Shown here one piece after another: positions 9,429-21,102 of a stretch of 64,000 nucleotides of DNA. The notes beneath the pieces were generated by a model. It searched no databases, was not told the origin of the DNA, and worked only from the letters and a program-made list of their open reading frames with translations. The position numbers and the translations under genes were made by a program. The stretch is from a bacterium (GTDB taxonomy: Bacteria > Electryoneota > Electryoneia > Electryoneales > Electryoneaceae): NCBI GenBank assembly GCA_963669175.1, contig OY769902.1, forward strand, positions 3,136,001-3,200,000. Reading direction: 5' to 3'. Within the stretch, counting starts at the first letter, position 1, and the number at the start of each line of letters is the position of its first letter.

Positions 9429-10414
9429 ATGGATATGATTGAATCTTCAGTATGTGGCGGAAGCCCAAGGGTTGCATCGCAATGGATAGGTGGTTTTCAG
9501 GCCTATTTCTATGACAAGGTCATGGAAAAAGTGATATTCCCAAAAAAATTTGGTGGAGATCTGGAACAGCACTATACGATTTTAAACAGGTACACTTCGG
9601 CATTTCACGGATTAGATGTTTTGGAACTGGCTGCCGGCAGTGGCGATTGTGTTCGATTTCTTCCAACAGACAACACCTATACCGGTGTCGATATCAGCAT
9701 GGGCCTGTTAAAACAGGCAAAGCGAAAAATCAACAAGGCCGGGTATAGACATGCACGACTTCTTCACTGTGCAGCAGAAGATCTTCCTCTTCCTGGTAAT
9801 CAATACGACCTGGTCCTTTGTAACCTGGCGTTGAACTTCTTCACAGATTCCGATTCTGTGTTGAATGAGTGTTGTCGTGTATTAAAAACGGGTTCCTCAC
9901 AAGAATTTGTGCATTCGGGCGATGTTGTGGCAGGTCTTGACGCGACATTTCGTCTTCGACTTTTGCTGTGTTTTCCAGAATGCACAATGATACTGAAACC
10001 ACCTCGCGCCCTGTTATTGTCGCGTTGTGACCTGCCACCTGATACAACATTCTCGCTGTCGTCAGGTCACAACGTGATGCCTGATGACGATCCATCAAGC
10101 GAAATAGCATGTGTGAAGTCGGACAGGTGTCTGAAATTGCGGAGAAGAACGCGAAAACGGCATCACGTCAAGACCTGACGAAACGTACTCGTAGATAATA
10201 CGCACAAATTCCTGTGAGAAGCCTAAAAACGAAAGGCATGATCCTGGGGTCTGTTCCAGTACCCGAAAGAAAAAAGACAGATAGTAAAATCAGGGGAAGG
10301 CTGAAGACAGAAAAGGAATTGGAGTCTTTCTTTAAAGAGAAGGGGTTCAGTTTTCAATCACTGGAAGAACATAATGGCGCTGTTTTCTATTTCAAAGCTG
10401 AACTCGTGGACTAA
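9429..10414 (+). pseudogene. Class I SAM-dependent methyltransferase disrupted by a MITE
   Basis: VLELAAGSG, GVDISMGLL, YDLVLCNLAL motifs. Removing 9891-10231 restores ...ECCRVLKT-KGMILGSVPVPE... in one frame; the 341 bp insertion shifts the frame by 2. Confidence 0.88.
9891..10223. mobile_element. 333 bp non-autonomous element (MITE), 22 bp imperfect TIRs, 8 bp target duplication; IS256-like ends (tentative)
   Basis: Left GGTTCCTCACAAGAATTTGTGC; right end reverse complement GGCTTCTCACAGGAATTTGTGC; TAAAAACG at 9883-9890 and 10224-10231. Confidence 0.92.
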
Positions 10415-10848
10415 CACTTAGGTTTCCGAGTTCGCAATGCAGATGGACGAGGAACGCTATGGATTAAGTCATTTATATCAAGTTGTTTGCTGAGTTTAAA
10501 TCGTCCGGTGTGTGAAACATGAATGATGCATTTTTGTCGTTCAAACAGGGGAGACGGTTAACAGCAAAACGTCGCTTTTCTCTGTGCCGTAAAATAGAAA
10601 TTTCTAAAATAAGTAGACTCTTCTATGAATGTTAGGTTGGCTTGACTTTTTTATGGTACTTCCATAAGTTGTTCCTGACTTTCAGGGATGAATCACTTTT
10701 CAATCATGTGAAGAATTTCGCAAAGGTGGGACTATACAGTGGTACCTGATGCTGCTAAAGAAATGAAAGGTGTTAAGTCGAATGTTTAGGTTAATTCCCA
10801 ACCCAACACACAACCTCGAGATGAGGATCTCGGCAGTGAGGCATTTAC

Positions 10849-13212
10849 ATGAAGATTCAACAGATTAACAGCTTTTTCCGTCGTTTAGGCGCTTTTCAAA
10901 TTCATTACCGCTGGTGGTTTCTGCTACTTACCGTTTTGTTGCTTGCAGTAGGCATTTCTGGTATGAGCAGGGTAAGGACAGCCAATTCCAGGGAAAACTG
11001 GTTTTACGACAGCGAGGAAATCGAGATAGCAACCGAGCGTTTCGAGGAGCAGTTCGGAAACAACGAGAATGTTGGCATTCTTATAACAGCGAAGGATGTA
11101 TTTTCACCTGAAGTGCTTGCGGCAATTGACCAGTTGGGTGAAGAGTTTCTACTCAATGTGCCCTATGCTGATGAAGTAATTTCCTTGACTGAGCTTGAGA
11201 TATCCGTGGGGACAGCCGAGGGCATTGAGGTTATCAATCCATTCGAGGAAGGTATCCCCGAGGATCCTGAACGTCTGGATGAGATACGTGAACTTATCAT
11301 GTCCAGACAGTCTCTGGTCAACCGGCTTGTTTCGGATGATGGGACCGAGACCTGGCTGACCCTCGAATTACTGGAGTACCCGGAAGAAGAGGAATGGTCT
11401 AAAAGTGGTTCTCTCGATCCCATGTTCGAAGTGGGCGAAGCAGCCATTGCTATCGTTACAGATCCTCGCTGGGAAAGTGATCTTTATAGCCTGAAGGCTG
11501 CCGGCATGCCATACACGGAAACCGAGGAAAGGGATTTCTTTGGTCGTGAGACAATGATTCGTGTTTTGTCGGGCTTCCTGCTGATGATTGTCCTTCTGGT
11601 TCTCTTTCTGCATTCTTTGCGTGGTGTGCTTGTACCTGTTTTCACAACGGGCGCCGGAATTATCGTTGTTTTCGGTATCATGGGGTGGTTGGGAATCGAG
11701 TTGGACGCCAACATGGTGACACTGCCAGTGTTGCTTGGCATGGCGCTGGCTGTGGGATATTCCATTCACATGGTCAACGCTTTCAAGCGAAACCTTGGAC
11801 CGGACACTGAACGTCGCGAAGCGGCAATCATAGCTGTAGAGGAAACAGGTTGGCCGATATTCTTTACCGCGATTACCACAATGGGATCGGTGATGTCTTT
11901 CGCGGCTACCGGTATTCAGACGATTAGCTGGCTGGGATTTACGAGTGCAGCAGTCGTATTGGTCAATTATCTTTTCGTTATTATTCTGGTTCCCATATTG
12001 ATGAGTTTTGGTAAAAATAGGGGGCGAAGATCTACAGGCGTGCGTAAAGCTTCGCTCCTGGATCTGATGATGGGTAGTTTGGCCTCCCTGGTGCTGAAAA
12101 GACGAGTTCCGCTTCTCCTGGTTGTGCTGATCTGCGTAGGTGGCTTGGCGCCGGGTGTGGCTATGATGAAAGTAAACATGGACATGTTTAGGTTCATGGG
12201 CACGAAAGTCCCGTATATTCAACGTGTCTGGGAGGTTGTTAATTCGCAGTTGGGGTCATACCTGGCTTATAATATTACAATCGAGTATGAGGAGACGGAT
12301 GCGATAAAGGACCCCGAGACGCTGAGGCATTTCGAGGCTTTGCTGGACACTGTTGGCGGGTTTGAGCTTACCAAGTCGCACCATGAGGCGACCAGTGTTT
12401 TCTCCATACTGGATATCATCAAAGAAATGAACCAGACTCTTAATGATGACGATCCTGCCTTTTATACCATCCCTGAGAATCGTGATCTGGTTGCACAGCT
12501 TCTCTTTCTTTACGAGATATCAGGCGGCACCAAGACCTTTCGCTGGATTGATGAAGATTATTCCATGATGCGTGCGCGTGTTCAAGTGTGGAAGTTTGAT
12601 GCCAATGAAATTGTACGAGAGTTGGACACTATAAAGCGCATTGGGCAAACCAGCTTCCCCGGGGCAAAGGTCAGCGTTGTAGGGAGTGCGGTTCAGTTTG
12701 CTGAATTGAACAAGAAGATCGTCACGGGTGAAATAATGTCGATTCTGGTAGCGCTGCTTGTGATCGGTATTTTGCTGATAGCAGTATTCGGCAGCTTCAA
12801 GACCGGTCTGATTGGAATGCTGCCCAACATCATGCCGCTGGTAGCCATCGCTGGGTACATGGGGTACACCCGTTCGCCCCTGGACATGATGACTATGACC
12901 ATCATGCCAATGCTACTGGGGGTTGCTGTCGATGATACGATTCACTTCATCAATCATGTGAAGTATGAGTTCGAGCGTTGTTTGAACTACGAAAAGGCTA
13001 TTCGAGCATCTTTTGTCACTGTGGGCAAGAACCTGGCAATGACGACCATCATCCTGGGGGGCACCTTTGCCATGTATACCCTCTCACCTGTGTCCGCGCT
13101 GGGACGAATTGGAATGTTGGCATCCATCGGGCTGCTGGTTGCACTGATTACTGATTACCTGGCAACACCGGCATTCATCCTGCTAACCAAACCTTTTGGG
13201 GAGGAAAAATAA
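10849..13212 (+). CDS. MMPL/RND superfamily exporter
   Basis: Two periplasmic domains and two multi-TM blocks; [12 protein letters not shown] and [12 protein letters not shown] motifs. Confidence 0.9.
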   Translation: MKIQQINSFFRRLGAFQIHYRWWFLLLTVLLLAVGISGMSRVRTANSRENWFYDSEEIEIATERFEEQFGNNENVGILITAKDVFSPEVLAAIDQLGEEFLLNVPYADEVISLTELEISVGTAEGIEVINPFEEGIPEDPERLDEIRELIMSRQSLVNRLVSDDGTETWLTLELLEYPEEEEWSKSGSLDPMFEVGEAAIAIVTDPRWESDLYSLKAAGMPYTETEERDFFGRETMIRVLSGFLLMIVLLVLFLHSLRGVLVPVFTTGAGIIVVFGIMGWLGIELDANMVTLPVLLGMALAVGYSIHMVNAFKRNLGPDTERREAAIIAVEETGWPIFFTAITTMGSVMSFAATGIQTISWLGFTSAAVVLVNYLFVIILVPILMSFGKNRGRRSTGVRKASLLDLMMGSLASLVLKRRVPLLLVVLICVGGLAPGVAMMKVNMDMFRFMGTKVPYIQRVWEVVNSQLGSYLAYNITIEYEETDAIKDPETLRHFEALLDTVGGFELTKSHHEATSVFSILDIIKEMNQTLNDDDPAFYTIPENRDLVAQLLFLYEISGGTKTFRWIDEDYSMMRARVQVWKFDANEIVRELDTIKRIGQTSFPGAKVSVVGSAVQFAELNKKIVTGEIMSILVALLVIGILLIAVFGSFKTGLIGMLPNIMPLVAIAGYMGYTRSPLDMMTMTIMPMLLGVAVDDTIHFINHVKYEFERCLNYEKAIRASFVTVGKNLAMTTIILGGTFAMYTLSPVSALGRIGMLASIGLLVALITDYLATPAFILLTKPFGEEK

Positions 13213-14009
13213 TGAATACAGGGACAAAGCTACTGGTAAACGCTGCATTGGTACTTCTTATTTCCACTGCAGGTTTTGGTGAACAACTGACCGGGCGTGA
13301 AATTATGCAGAAAGTTCACGATCGCCCTGACGGCGATTCACGCTATTCCGAGATGACCATGACACTGATCAACAAGCGAGGTCATGAACGCGAACGTCGC
13401 TTGAGATCCTGGTCCATGGATGTGGGCGATAACAAGCTTGACAGCAAAATGCTGATGTTTTTCGACTCGCCTGCGGACGTCGAAGGTACAGGATTCTTGA
13501 CCTGGGATTATGATGAGATTGGCAAGGACGACGACAGGTGGCTATATCTTCCTGCAATGAAGAGAACTCGACGTATCAGCGGTTCGTCCGCAAAGAGTGA
13601 TTATTTCATGGGGACAGACTTTACCTATGACGATATGGGAAGCCGTAACGTGGACGAAGATGAGCATACACTGCTGCGTTCAGAGGAGTATGAGGGGCAC
13701 CTTTGCTGGATAATTGAATCAGTCTCAAAGGATGAACGAGACATTTACTCAAGGAAGGTTTCCTGGATTCGTCAGGACTGCTTTGTAGCAATGCGGGTAG
13801 AATACTATGATCGAAAGGGCAGGTTACATCGTGAGTTGATGCTATCCGATATTGAACAGGTAGATGGATACTGGCTGGCAAAACGACTCCATATGACCGA
13901 CGTACAGAAGAATCACCAGACGATTCTGATGATCCATTCGCCGCAATATGACCTTGATCTGAACGAAAACAGCTTCAATGTGAATCAGTTGGAAAAGGGG
14001 AGTCTGTGA
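13212..14009 (+). CDS. Outer-membrane lipoprotein-sorting (LolA-like) protein
   Basis: Signal peptide; [38 protein letters not shown] motifs; coupled to the MMPL gene. Confidence 0.9.
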   Translation: MNTGTKLLVNAALVLLISTAGFGEQLTGREIMQKVHDRPDGDSRYSEMTMTLINKRGHERERRLRSWSMDVGDNKLDSKMLMFFDSPADVEGTGFLTWDYDEIGKDDDRWLYLPAMKRTRRISGSSAKSDYFMGTDFTYDDMGSRNVDEDEHTLLRSEEYEGHLCWIIESVSKDERDIYSRKVSWIRQDCFVAMRVEYYDRKGRLHRELMLSDIEQVDGYWLAKRLHMTDVQKNHQTILMIHSPQYDLDLNENSFNVNQLEKGSL

Positions 14010-15247
14010 AACAAGTAATACTGATTTCTCTGCTTTGGCTGGCATTGTACTCGACCTGGCATAGTCCAGCCAAAGCGGAGCCGAATTGGGGCATCAGCGG
14101 CTTTGTGGACACATACCATGCGGTCCGAGTTGAAGACGAGAACGATTTCCTCAGTTCGCGCACCCGGCTGAGAAGCGAGCTCTCACGTACTTTGGCTGAA
14201 ATGTATGTCTATGCTTCTTTTAATGTGATCCATAATGCCCTGCTCGATTCGGAATCAGGCATTGAACTTCGGGAGGCCTTCTTCCAGTATTATCGGGACA
14301 ATTGGGAGTTGAAAGCAGGCAGGCAAATCATCATCTGGGGGGTGGCTGATGGCCTTCGCATTACTGACATGGTCTCACCAATGGATATGACCGAGTTTCT
14401 GGCGCGTGACTACGATGATATTCGCACACCCGTTGATGGATTCAGGGGCAGATATTTTAATAACAGCCTCAATGTTGACCTGGTCTATTTACCTATCGCA
14501 GCTTTTGACCATATTCCTTTAGATGTACGCAATCCCTGGTCACCCTTCAGCACAAGCGGTATGACATATGTGGACCTGATTGATGATGGACAACCTGATA
14601 AGACGTTGGAGAACGGCGAATTCGGATTGCGTACCTCCATGTATCTTGCAGGGTTAGATATGAGCTTCGCAGCTCTTCGTACCTGGAACAAGACGCCTGT
14701 CTACGTTTCCAGAGTTTCTTCTACGGGTGACACGCTAAAACTTGAAGCCAGGCATGCACGGCTGAACATTCTCGGGGTGGATCTGTCGCGTCCAATGGGA
14801 CAGTTTGTCCTGCGAGGTGAAGCTGCTGCTTATTTGAACGAGTTGCATGAGACACAATGGGAAAGCGGAGGTGGTAGCGTTGAAGAAACTACGTATCACT
14901 TCCTTGCAGGAATGGATTGGTATCCAAGTGGAGATTGGACGATTACAGGTCAGTACATCAACGATTGGATTCCAGACCGCCAGCCAGGAATGGTAAGCGA
15001 TGAGCATGAAACCATGGCGACATGTGGAATAACACTACAGTTTCTTCGCAACACGCTTAAAGTTTCCACTTTTACTTATATGGATCTGTCACACGAAAGT
15101 CTCTTCAATCGCAGCTACGCAGAATACAGCCTGACAGATGATCTTCACCTCTTGGCAGGGCTCGACTGGTTCAATGGTAATTCAGGCTCTTATGCAATAT
15201 ATAAGAACAATTCAGAAATGTGGATGAAAGTGAAGTGCAGTTTCTAG
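14006..15247 (+). CDS. Putative outer-membrane beta-barrel protein (DUF1302-like)
   Basis: Signal peptide; [21 protein letters not shown] motif; C-terminal Phe; third gene of the operon. Confidence 0.75.
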   Translation: MKQVILISLLWLALYSTWHSPAKAEPNWGISGFVDTYHAVRVEDENDFLSSRTRLRSELSRTLAEMYVYASFNVIHNALLDSESGIELREAFFQYYRDNWELKAGRQIIIWGVADGLRITDMVSPMDMTEFLARDYDDIRTPVDGFRGRYFNNSLNVDLVYLPIAAFDHIPLDVRNPWSPFSTSGMTYVDLIDDGQPDKTLENGEFGLRTSMYLAGLDMSFAALRTWNKTPVYVSRVSSTGDTLKLEARHARLNILGVDLSRPMGQFVLRGEAAAYLNELHETQWESGGGSVEETTYHFLAGMDWYPSGDWTITGQYINDWIPDRQPGMVSDEHETMATCGITLQFLRNTLKVSTFTYMDLSHESLFNRSYAEYSLTDDLHLLAGLDWFNGNSGSYAIYKNNSEMWMKVKCSF

Positions 15248-15338
15248 CCCGGATATAGCCATTCCCATTATTAATCCGTCATATGGTCTTGTTCCATATC
15301 AGTGAAAGATCAACGATATAGTTGTAATAAAGGAGATG

Positions 15339-15462
15339 GAAAAAGGGGACAGTTTCCTTTCCCTGGGGCAAAGCCTTCCCAGCGTGAGCATGGACTGGGA
15401 AAGGTGGCTGTACCCTTTTTCTTGAGAGCAGGCAGGAATTACACGGAAAAGGGGACAGTTTC
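15339..15462. repeat. AAAAGGGGACAG inverted/direct repeat cluster
   Basis: 15339-15363 pairs imperfectly with 15397-15421; third copy at 15446-15462; similar GGGGACAGTTT motif near 46017. Confidence 0.6.
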
Positions 15463-15474
15463 ACGAAATCTTGG

Positions 15475-15660
15475 TAGTTCTATTCTAAGTGAAACTAACG
15501 CAGAAATCAGCCATCAAAAACAAGCCCGAAGGGAGCGCGCGCTTTACCCCATGACTGCGTTGATTTCCCTTGAAATAGCCTGCTATGTCTGTGGTCAAGC
15601 GCTTTGTCTTGGGGCAAAGCGCGCAGCTCAGAAAACATCATAGCAGGTGCAATGGATCAC
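15475..15660 (-). mobile_element. Degenerate partial copy of the MITE at 45.7 kb
   Basis: Reverse complement shares ordered motifs GAGCTGCG, GACAA(A/G)GCGC, CATAGC..TATTTCAA, AACGCAGTCATG and GCGCGCTCCCTTCGGGCTTGT with 45660-45929. Confidence 0.75.
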
Positions 15661-16013
15661 GAGTATTGCAGGGGCGTGATTAAACAGAACGGTTCATGTG
15701 GATTGAATGAAAGTAGAAATAATCCTGTATAGCCGGGAAGCGCAGCTAATCGTCTTGTGTTGAACGATGGATGATGCAGCGCTCGATGCCTGCCTGTCTT
15801 TGAGTACCGATTCCACAAGTTTCTGCCGATTTCGCAGTAGTCTCTCTTCTCGTGATTATTTCAGGATATTTTTTTCGTTTATCTGTCGCAGGCAGGCAAT
15901 TGTACAGGTGGTGATGCTATTTTACTTAGAATAATGGAAAACACCGTGAGCACATTGACTCTATACATAGAGGGTTGGAGAAAGCGTTTGCCAACAATGT
16001 TTGGAGGATTGCG

Positions 16014-19000
16014 ATGTACAGATTGCGAGTGTTGTTTTTGATTGCAGCAATTACGGGTATTGCTGCAGCATCCGAATCCCTTACCCCACAATCCGACCAG
16101 AGCATGTCTCCCTTTCAGGTTGTAGAACGGCAGGTTACTGAAGCGGGAATTACTGCGACATTTGCGGTCGAAGAACCAACCTGGGTGCCTGTCGAGGGTA
16201 TCGATGGCAGTCAGCTTGAACTTGCCGTATTCCCATTAAGTGGCGCACTTACGGAGAACGGAATGCCATCCGTTCCCGTTGCGGCAACCCTTTTCAGGCT
16301 TCCACCTCGAAGCGGCGCTATAGTAGAAGTTCTGGAAGCCGAATATGTTACGTATTCAGATGTTGAATACGCTTCCCTGTACGCAAACGAACTGAACGAA
16401 GGCAGCAATGAAATAGAGTACGCATGTGCAGATAGAGAGTTGGATAGCTGGTATCCGGGAACACTTGCGGAGATTGGCGAACCGGCAATCCTCCATGATT
16501 TCCGTGTAACCAACCTGATGACTTACCCGGTTCAGGTTAATCCTGCACGGAATGAAGTGCGGGTTTATACCACGTTGCGAGTTCAGGTTCGCTATGAAGG
16601 TATTGACGAGCGTAATGCACTGGAGAATTGGCCCACACGGTTGAGTCGTTCCATGGTGCCAAAGTATGAAGCGTTCCTGGATTGGGAACTGGACGAATTG
16701 AACGACTACGAATTCTATGATGGCAATGCTATTGTCATTATGCGTGATGATGATGCCTTGTGGAGCGCGATGGAGGATTGGTTTGAGTGGAAGCTTCAAA
16801 AGGGATGGAAGCTTGATTTTATCCATGAAAGCGATGTCGGCTCATGGTCGGCCGCAAGTATTCGTAGCGAACTAATCGAACGATATGAGAACGCCCGGGA
16901 CAAGTTTGATTATGTCGTTGTAATTGGTGACGATACCGGGTCGTTCGATGTGCCTGCCGGTTCCGGTGGGAGCGGTGGCGGTAATGGTGATCATCTCTAT
17001 AGCTGTCTTGTAGGGAATGATAACCTGGGTGATGTTGGAATTGGCCGGATTTCTGTACAAACTGTTACCCAGGCAGTGGCATACACCAACAAAGTGCTTA
17101 TATACGAACGGGATGTAGATTTCGATAATACAGACTGGTATCTCCGTGCCATGTTAAATCGAGCCAATTCAGGCGCTGGGATCAGTAAGATAATCATGCA
17201 TCGGTATTATAAATGTCTCTTGTTGCAGCAGCTTGGTTTTACGCAGGTTGATACAATCAACTGGGGTGGTCAGGATCCTTTAGCGATGCAGAAAATTGAC
17301 GATGGAGTCAGTTTTTATTCTGAGCGAGGGTACCTGGGGCAGGGGTTAAGTATTGCTGAAGTGAACCAGTTGAACAATGACAACATGACACCTGTCGTCA
17401 TTGATGTCACCTGCGGTACCGGGAACTGGTCCGATAATACAGGAATCAATGAAGCGTTCATGCTGGCCGGTACTGTAAACGCACCGCGTGGCGGTGTGGT
17501 CGCCATGTCCATGGCAACTTCAGGCACACATCCGAACTTCAACAATGTACTATCCGGAGCGTCCGGTTGGTCCATGTTGCAGATGCAATGGCCAACGCCC
17601 GGGGACATGATGCTGGCGGCAAAGATTAATGGCTGGGTAAACTATGAAGGTCGTAGCAATGAACTGGATAACTTCCTGATGTGGTATAACCTGATGGGCG
17701 ACCCACTGGTGTACATCTGGACTGATATGCCGCATGAGTTTGAGGTGGACGCGCCTGCCACGATAGCCCTTGGCCAGCGTGAATATGTGGTAACTGTCGA
17801 AGAAGGCGGAGTTCCGGTAGAGGATGCCTGGGTTACTTTCTACAAGGATTCTGGTGTTGACGATATTCAGATTTCCAGGTACACTGATGAGAACGGCGTT
17901 GCCACATTCTATCCTGATGTGAATGCTTCCGGTAATGCCATGCTTACGGTGACCAAGCTGAATTTCGCCCCAACGCAGATTGAGGTTAATGTGAACGGTG
18001 TTGGCGCTTCTGTCAGCTACCAGAGCATTAACTATATCGATACTGGCATGGGGGGGACAATCGGTGATGGCGATGGTATTCCTGAAGCCGGTGAGCGTGT
18101 TGGTTTGCAACTTACCCTGAAAAACTACGGTGGAGCTGAAGAAACGGACATCAATATCACTGCAGAAATAGATGATCCCTATATCAATGATGTCTATGGC
18201 GCGGTTACCCTGGGATCATTGGGCGCAAATCAATCATCCCTGGGAAGTGGGGTTATTCTTGTTGATATCGCTCCTTTTGCACAGGACAGGTGGCTGGTTC
18301 CGGTAACCCTGGTTGTTGAAACCGAATCCGGGACAACGACGGATGGATTCGAACTATCTATTGCCGCACCGAACTATGTTGTTACCAGTGTGGCAACAAA
18401 TGGAAACCTGAATCCGGGGGCAAACAGGGAGGTAACTTTAACCCTGGGTAATGCCGGTGGAAGTGACGCAACACTTGGCAATGCCATGTTGATCAGCCGC
18501 GATCCCTGGTTACGGTTTATCGAGTATTCCGGCACCATCCCGGCAATAGAAGTAAACGGAACGGCAACCTCATCCGTTTTCAGAGCCGAAGCGCTTGTAG
18601 GCAGTTTCCCGGGGTATGAGGCGAAAGCCATGTTGATCGTAACCACTGAAACGGGCCAGGTTGATACGGCGTATACCTCAGTGGTGTTCGGAACTCGCAG
18701 TGAAAGCGATCCGATTGGTCCGGACAGATATGGTTACATGGCATTTGATAACATTGATACTGATTGGGACTATGCGCCCACATACAACTGGATTGAAATC
18801 AATCCGGATGTGAACGGGTATGATTATGAGGGAACGGAAATAGAGATCGAAGATCTGGCAGAAAACGATGACGAAGGCGATACTTTGAACCTGGAGGTTC
18901 ATGGTTTCCCGATCACGTATTATGGTGAAACATTCAACTACATCTCGATCACAACCAACGGTTTTCTGGCTATGGGGTTGCAACCCAGCATCTGCAACAA

Positions 19001-21086
19001 CCGGAACTGGTCCATTCCAACTCCTGCCGGTCCTTCCTACATGATTGCGCCTTACTGGGATGAACTTCAGACCAATGGCGATTGCGCGATACTGTACTAT
19101 CATGATGAAGAGAATGGCCGTCTGATTTTCGAGTTTTACAAGATGCGGCACCACAGTACTGTCTATGAAAGCACTTTTGAAGTCATTTTCTACGATACGG
19201 AAATGTATCCGACAGCGACTGGCGATAACGAGTTTGTGTTCCAGTACGGTGAATGCGATCACTCGAGTGGAGGTATGTCTTATGATGTGCCCTATTGGAC
19301 AACAGGTATCGAGAATGGCGATCAGAGTGATGGCTTGCTGATGGCTTACTGGAATGAATATGCGCCCGGCGCTGCTGAAATCGAGCAGGGAAGAGCGATC
19401 AAGTTTACCACCAACATTGACGTCCCGATTGGAAGCATTCACGGTGCAATCTCCTGCCTGGCAACGGGCAATCCGATTGAAAATGCCTTAGTTGCTACCA
19501 GTGACGGCATGTTCCAGGCAATCACCGATGCTGAAGGTGAATACATCATCGACAGCGTTTTCATTGGTGAATATAACCTGGTTGTTTCGGCGGATTGTTT
19601 CAATGATGGGGCTGTTGCGGGGATTGTTGTCAATGATGGAAGCGATGTAACAGCAAATGCGCAGCTTCGCCATCCGGAGTTTGAATTGTCAACTCTCGAC
19701 CTGGCAACAGAGTTGCCACCGGATTCTGAGACGACACTCCAGTTTGAATTGACTAATAATGGGAATGGGCCTTTATACTATGAAACTGATTTGAGCTTCC
19801 CTAATGAAGCTCTGTTTAATGGTGGAGGGGGATCAGGGAATCGTGGACCAGTGCATAGCGGCTCAGAGCTGGATGAAGCCTGGGACCAGGTGTTCGAGTT
19901 TGGACTGGATCCGATGGAGCTTCGCTACCGTGGTGTAATCTTCGATGGCGAATACTTCTGGATGACCGGATCAAATTCGTATGACGTCAGCGGCCCAAAC
20001 AAATTGTATCAGTACGATGCAGCGGGCACATACATCGCCACCTTTGATCAGCCGGTACCGGCCGAGAATCGTACCAGCCAGGGGTTCTTTGGTATGGTTT
20101 GGGATGGGGAATACCTGTACGCAGCGGACAATGGAATCATGTACCAGATGGAGTTTGTCGGCGATGAATGGACCGCTGTCGATACCTGGGATATCCCCGC
20201 CAATCCTGCACGGTATATTGTTCTCGATCCCGATAACTACATTTTCTATGTAGGTGACTTCGGTACTGAAATACGTGCAGTGCATCCTGATAGCCAGGGA
20301 GTCATCTACGAGTTTGGTCAAGATTTCTATCCACGTGGTGGCGGCTGGTATCCTGAGGATGAAGATGGATTTTACATCTACTTCATAGCACAGGAAAACG
20401 GCACTTCAATAGTAAACTTTATCAAGATGGACCCGGTTACCGGTGAAACACGTCCTGTCTTCAACACAGAAGTCGATGCTGGTTACCTGGCAACGGGTGG
20501 TGATGTGACTTATTTCTGGGATCCGTCCATCTGGCAATTCATCAGTGTGCTTGAGAGTTCTGATAGTGACATGGTCAGGCTGTGGGAAATCGATACCTAT
20601 GCCAATTGGGTTGAGGTCTTGAACCCGACAGGCGTGGTAGAAGCAGGGGAGAGTAGAGTTATTGAGGTCCATGTGCATTCGTACGGACTGCCGCCGGATA
20701 CATTCAGCGTAGCCGTTGATCTCTACCACAACGCCTGTACTGAGAACCAGGAGTGGGTCGATGTTGTCCTGGTGGTTACTGATCAGGGCGCGATTGACGA
20801 TCCTGATGTTGCGAATCTGCCCACGGAATTCACCTTTGACGGCGCCTATCCGAACCCGTTTAACCCGATCGCGTCTGTACGTTTTGGCTTGCCGGAGACT
20901 GCGATGGTAAAGGCGAACGTGTTCAACCTGCTGGGACAGAAGGTTGCGACGCTGGCGAATCAACCCATGCAGGCAGGATATCATCAGCTCACCTTCGACG
21001 GTAGCAACTTGGCGAGCGGGATGTACTTCCTGAACTTCCAGGCCGGACCGCTTCAGAAAACGACGAAGCTGATCCTCATGAAATAG
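16014..21086 (+). CDS. Secreted C25 (gingipain-like) peptidase-family protein, paralogue 2, same architecture as 3336..8411
   Basis: GGAGG RBS before ATG 16014; colinear with paralogue 1 with many identical peptide blocks; YPNPFNP C-terminal domain. Confidence 0.88.
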   Translation: MYRLRVLFLIAAITGIAAASESLTPQSDQSMSPFQVVERQVTEAGITATFAVEEPTWVPVEGIDGSQLELAVFPLSGALTENGMPSVPVAATLFRLPPRSGAIVEVLEAEYVTYSDVEYASLYANELNEGSNEIEYACADRELDSWYPGTLAEIGEPAILHDFRVTNLMTYPVQVNPARNEVRVYTTLRVQVRYEGIDERNALENWPTRLSRSMVPKYEAFLDWELDELNDYEFYDGNAIVIMRDDDALWSAMEDWFEWKLQKGWKLDFIHESDVGSWSAASIRSELIERYENARDKFDYVVVIGDDTGSFDVPAGSGGSGGGNGDHLYSCLVGNDNLGDVGIGRISVQTVTQAVAYTNKVLIYERDVDFDNTDWYLRAMLNRANSGAGISKIIMHRYYKCLLLQQLGFTQVDTINWGGQDPLAMQKIDDGVSFYSERGYLGQGLSIAEVNQLNNDNMTPVVIDVTCGTGNWSDNTGINEAFMLAGTVNAPRGGVVAMSMATSGTHPNFNNVLSGASGWSMLQMQWPTPGDMMLAAKINGWVNYEGRSNELDNFLMWYNLMGDPLVYIWTDMPHEFEVDAPATIALGQREYVVTVEEGGVPVEDAWVTFYKDSGVDDIQISRYTDENGVATFYPDVNASGNAMLTVTKLNFAPTQIEVNVNGVGASVSYQSINYIDTGMGGTIGDGDGIPEAGERVGLQLTLKNYGGAEETDINITAEIDDPYINDVYGAVTLGSLGANQSSLGSGVILVDIAPFAQDRWLVPVTLVVETESGTTTDGFELSIAAPNYVVTSVATNGNLNPGANREVTLTLGNAGGSDATLGNAMLISRDPWLRFIEYSGTIPAIEVNGTATSSVFRAEALVGSFPGYEAKAMLIVTTETGQVDTAYTSVVFGTRSESDPIGPDRYGYMAFDNIDTDWDYAPTYNWIEINPDVNGYDYEGTEIEIEDLAENDDEGDTLNLEVHGFPITYYGETFNYISITTNGFLAMGLQPSICNNRNWSIPTPAGPSYMIAPYWDELQTNGDCAILYYHDEENGRLIFEFYKMRHHSTVYESTFEVIFYDTEMYPTATGDNEFVFQYGECDHSSGGMSYDVPYWTTGIENGDQSDGLLMAYWNEYAPGAAEIEQGRAIKFTTNIDVPIGSIHGAISCLATGNPIENALVATSDGMFQAITDAEGEYIIDSVFIGEYNLVVSADCFNDGAVAGIVVNDGSDVTANAQLRHPEFELSTLDLATELPPDSETTLQFELTNNGNGPLYYETDLSFPNEALFNGGGGSGNRGPVHSGSELDEAWDQVFEFGLDPMELRYRGVIFDGEYFWMTGSNSYDVSGPNKLYQYDAAGTYIATFDQPVPAENRTSQGFFGMVWDGEYLYAADNGIMYQMEFVGDEWTAVDTWDIPANPARYIVLDPDNYIFYVGDFGTEIRAVHPDSQGVIYEFGQDFYPRGGGWYPEDEDGFYIYFIAQENGTSIVNFIKMDPVTGETRPVFNTEVDAGYLATGGDVTYFWDPSIWQFISVLESSDSDMVRLWEIDTYANWVEVLNPTGVVEAGESRVIEVHVHSYGLPPDTFSVAVDLYHNACTENQEWVDVVLVVTDQGAIDDPDVANLPTEFTFDGAYPNPFNPIASVRFGLPETAMVKANVFNLLGQKVATLANQPMQAGYHQLTFDGSNLASGMYFLNFQAGPLQKTTKLILMK

Positions 21087-21102
21087 GGAGGATGTCACAC
21101 TC

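Noticed and set aside
9891-10178. Novel C-terminal domain of the 250 aa methyltransferase ORF
   Set aside because: It is read-through into the MITE; the true C-terminus is encoded at 10232-10414
15279-15643. Short ORFs in repeat-rich intergenic regions (also 21653-21940, 25247-25499, 57109-57507)
   Set aside because: They translate repeat or MITE sequence and lack coding features
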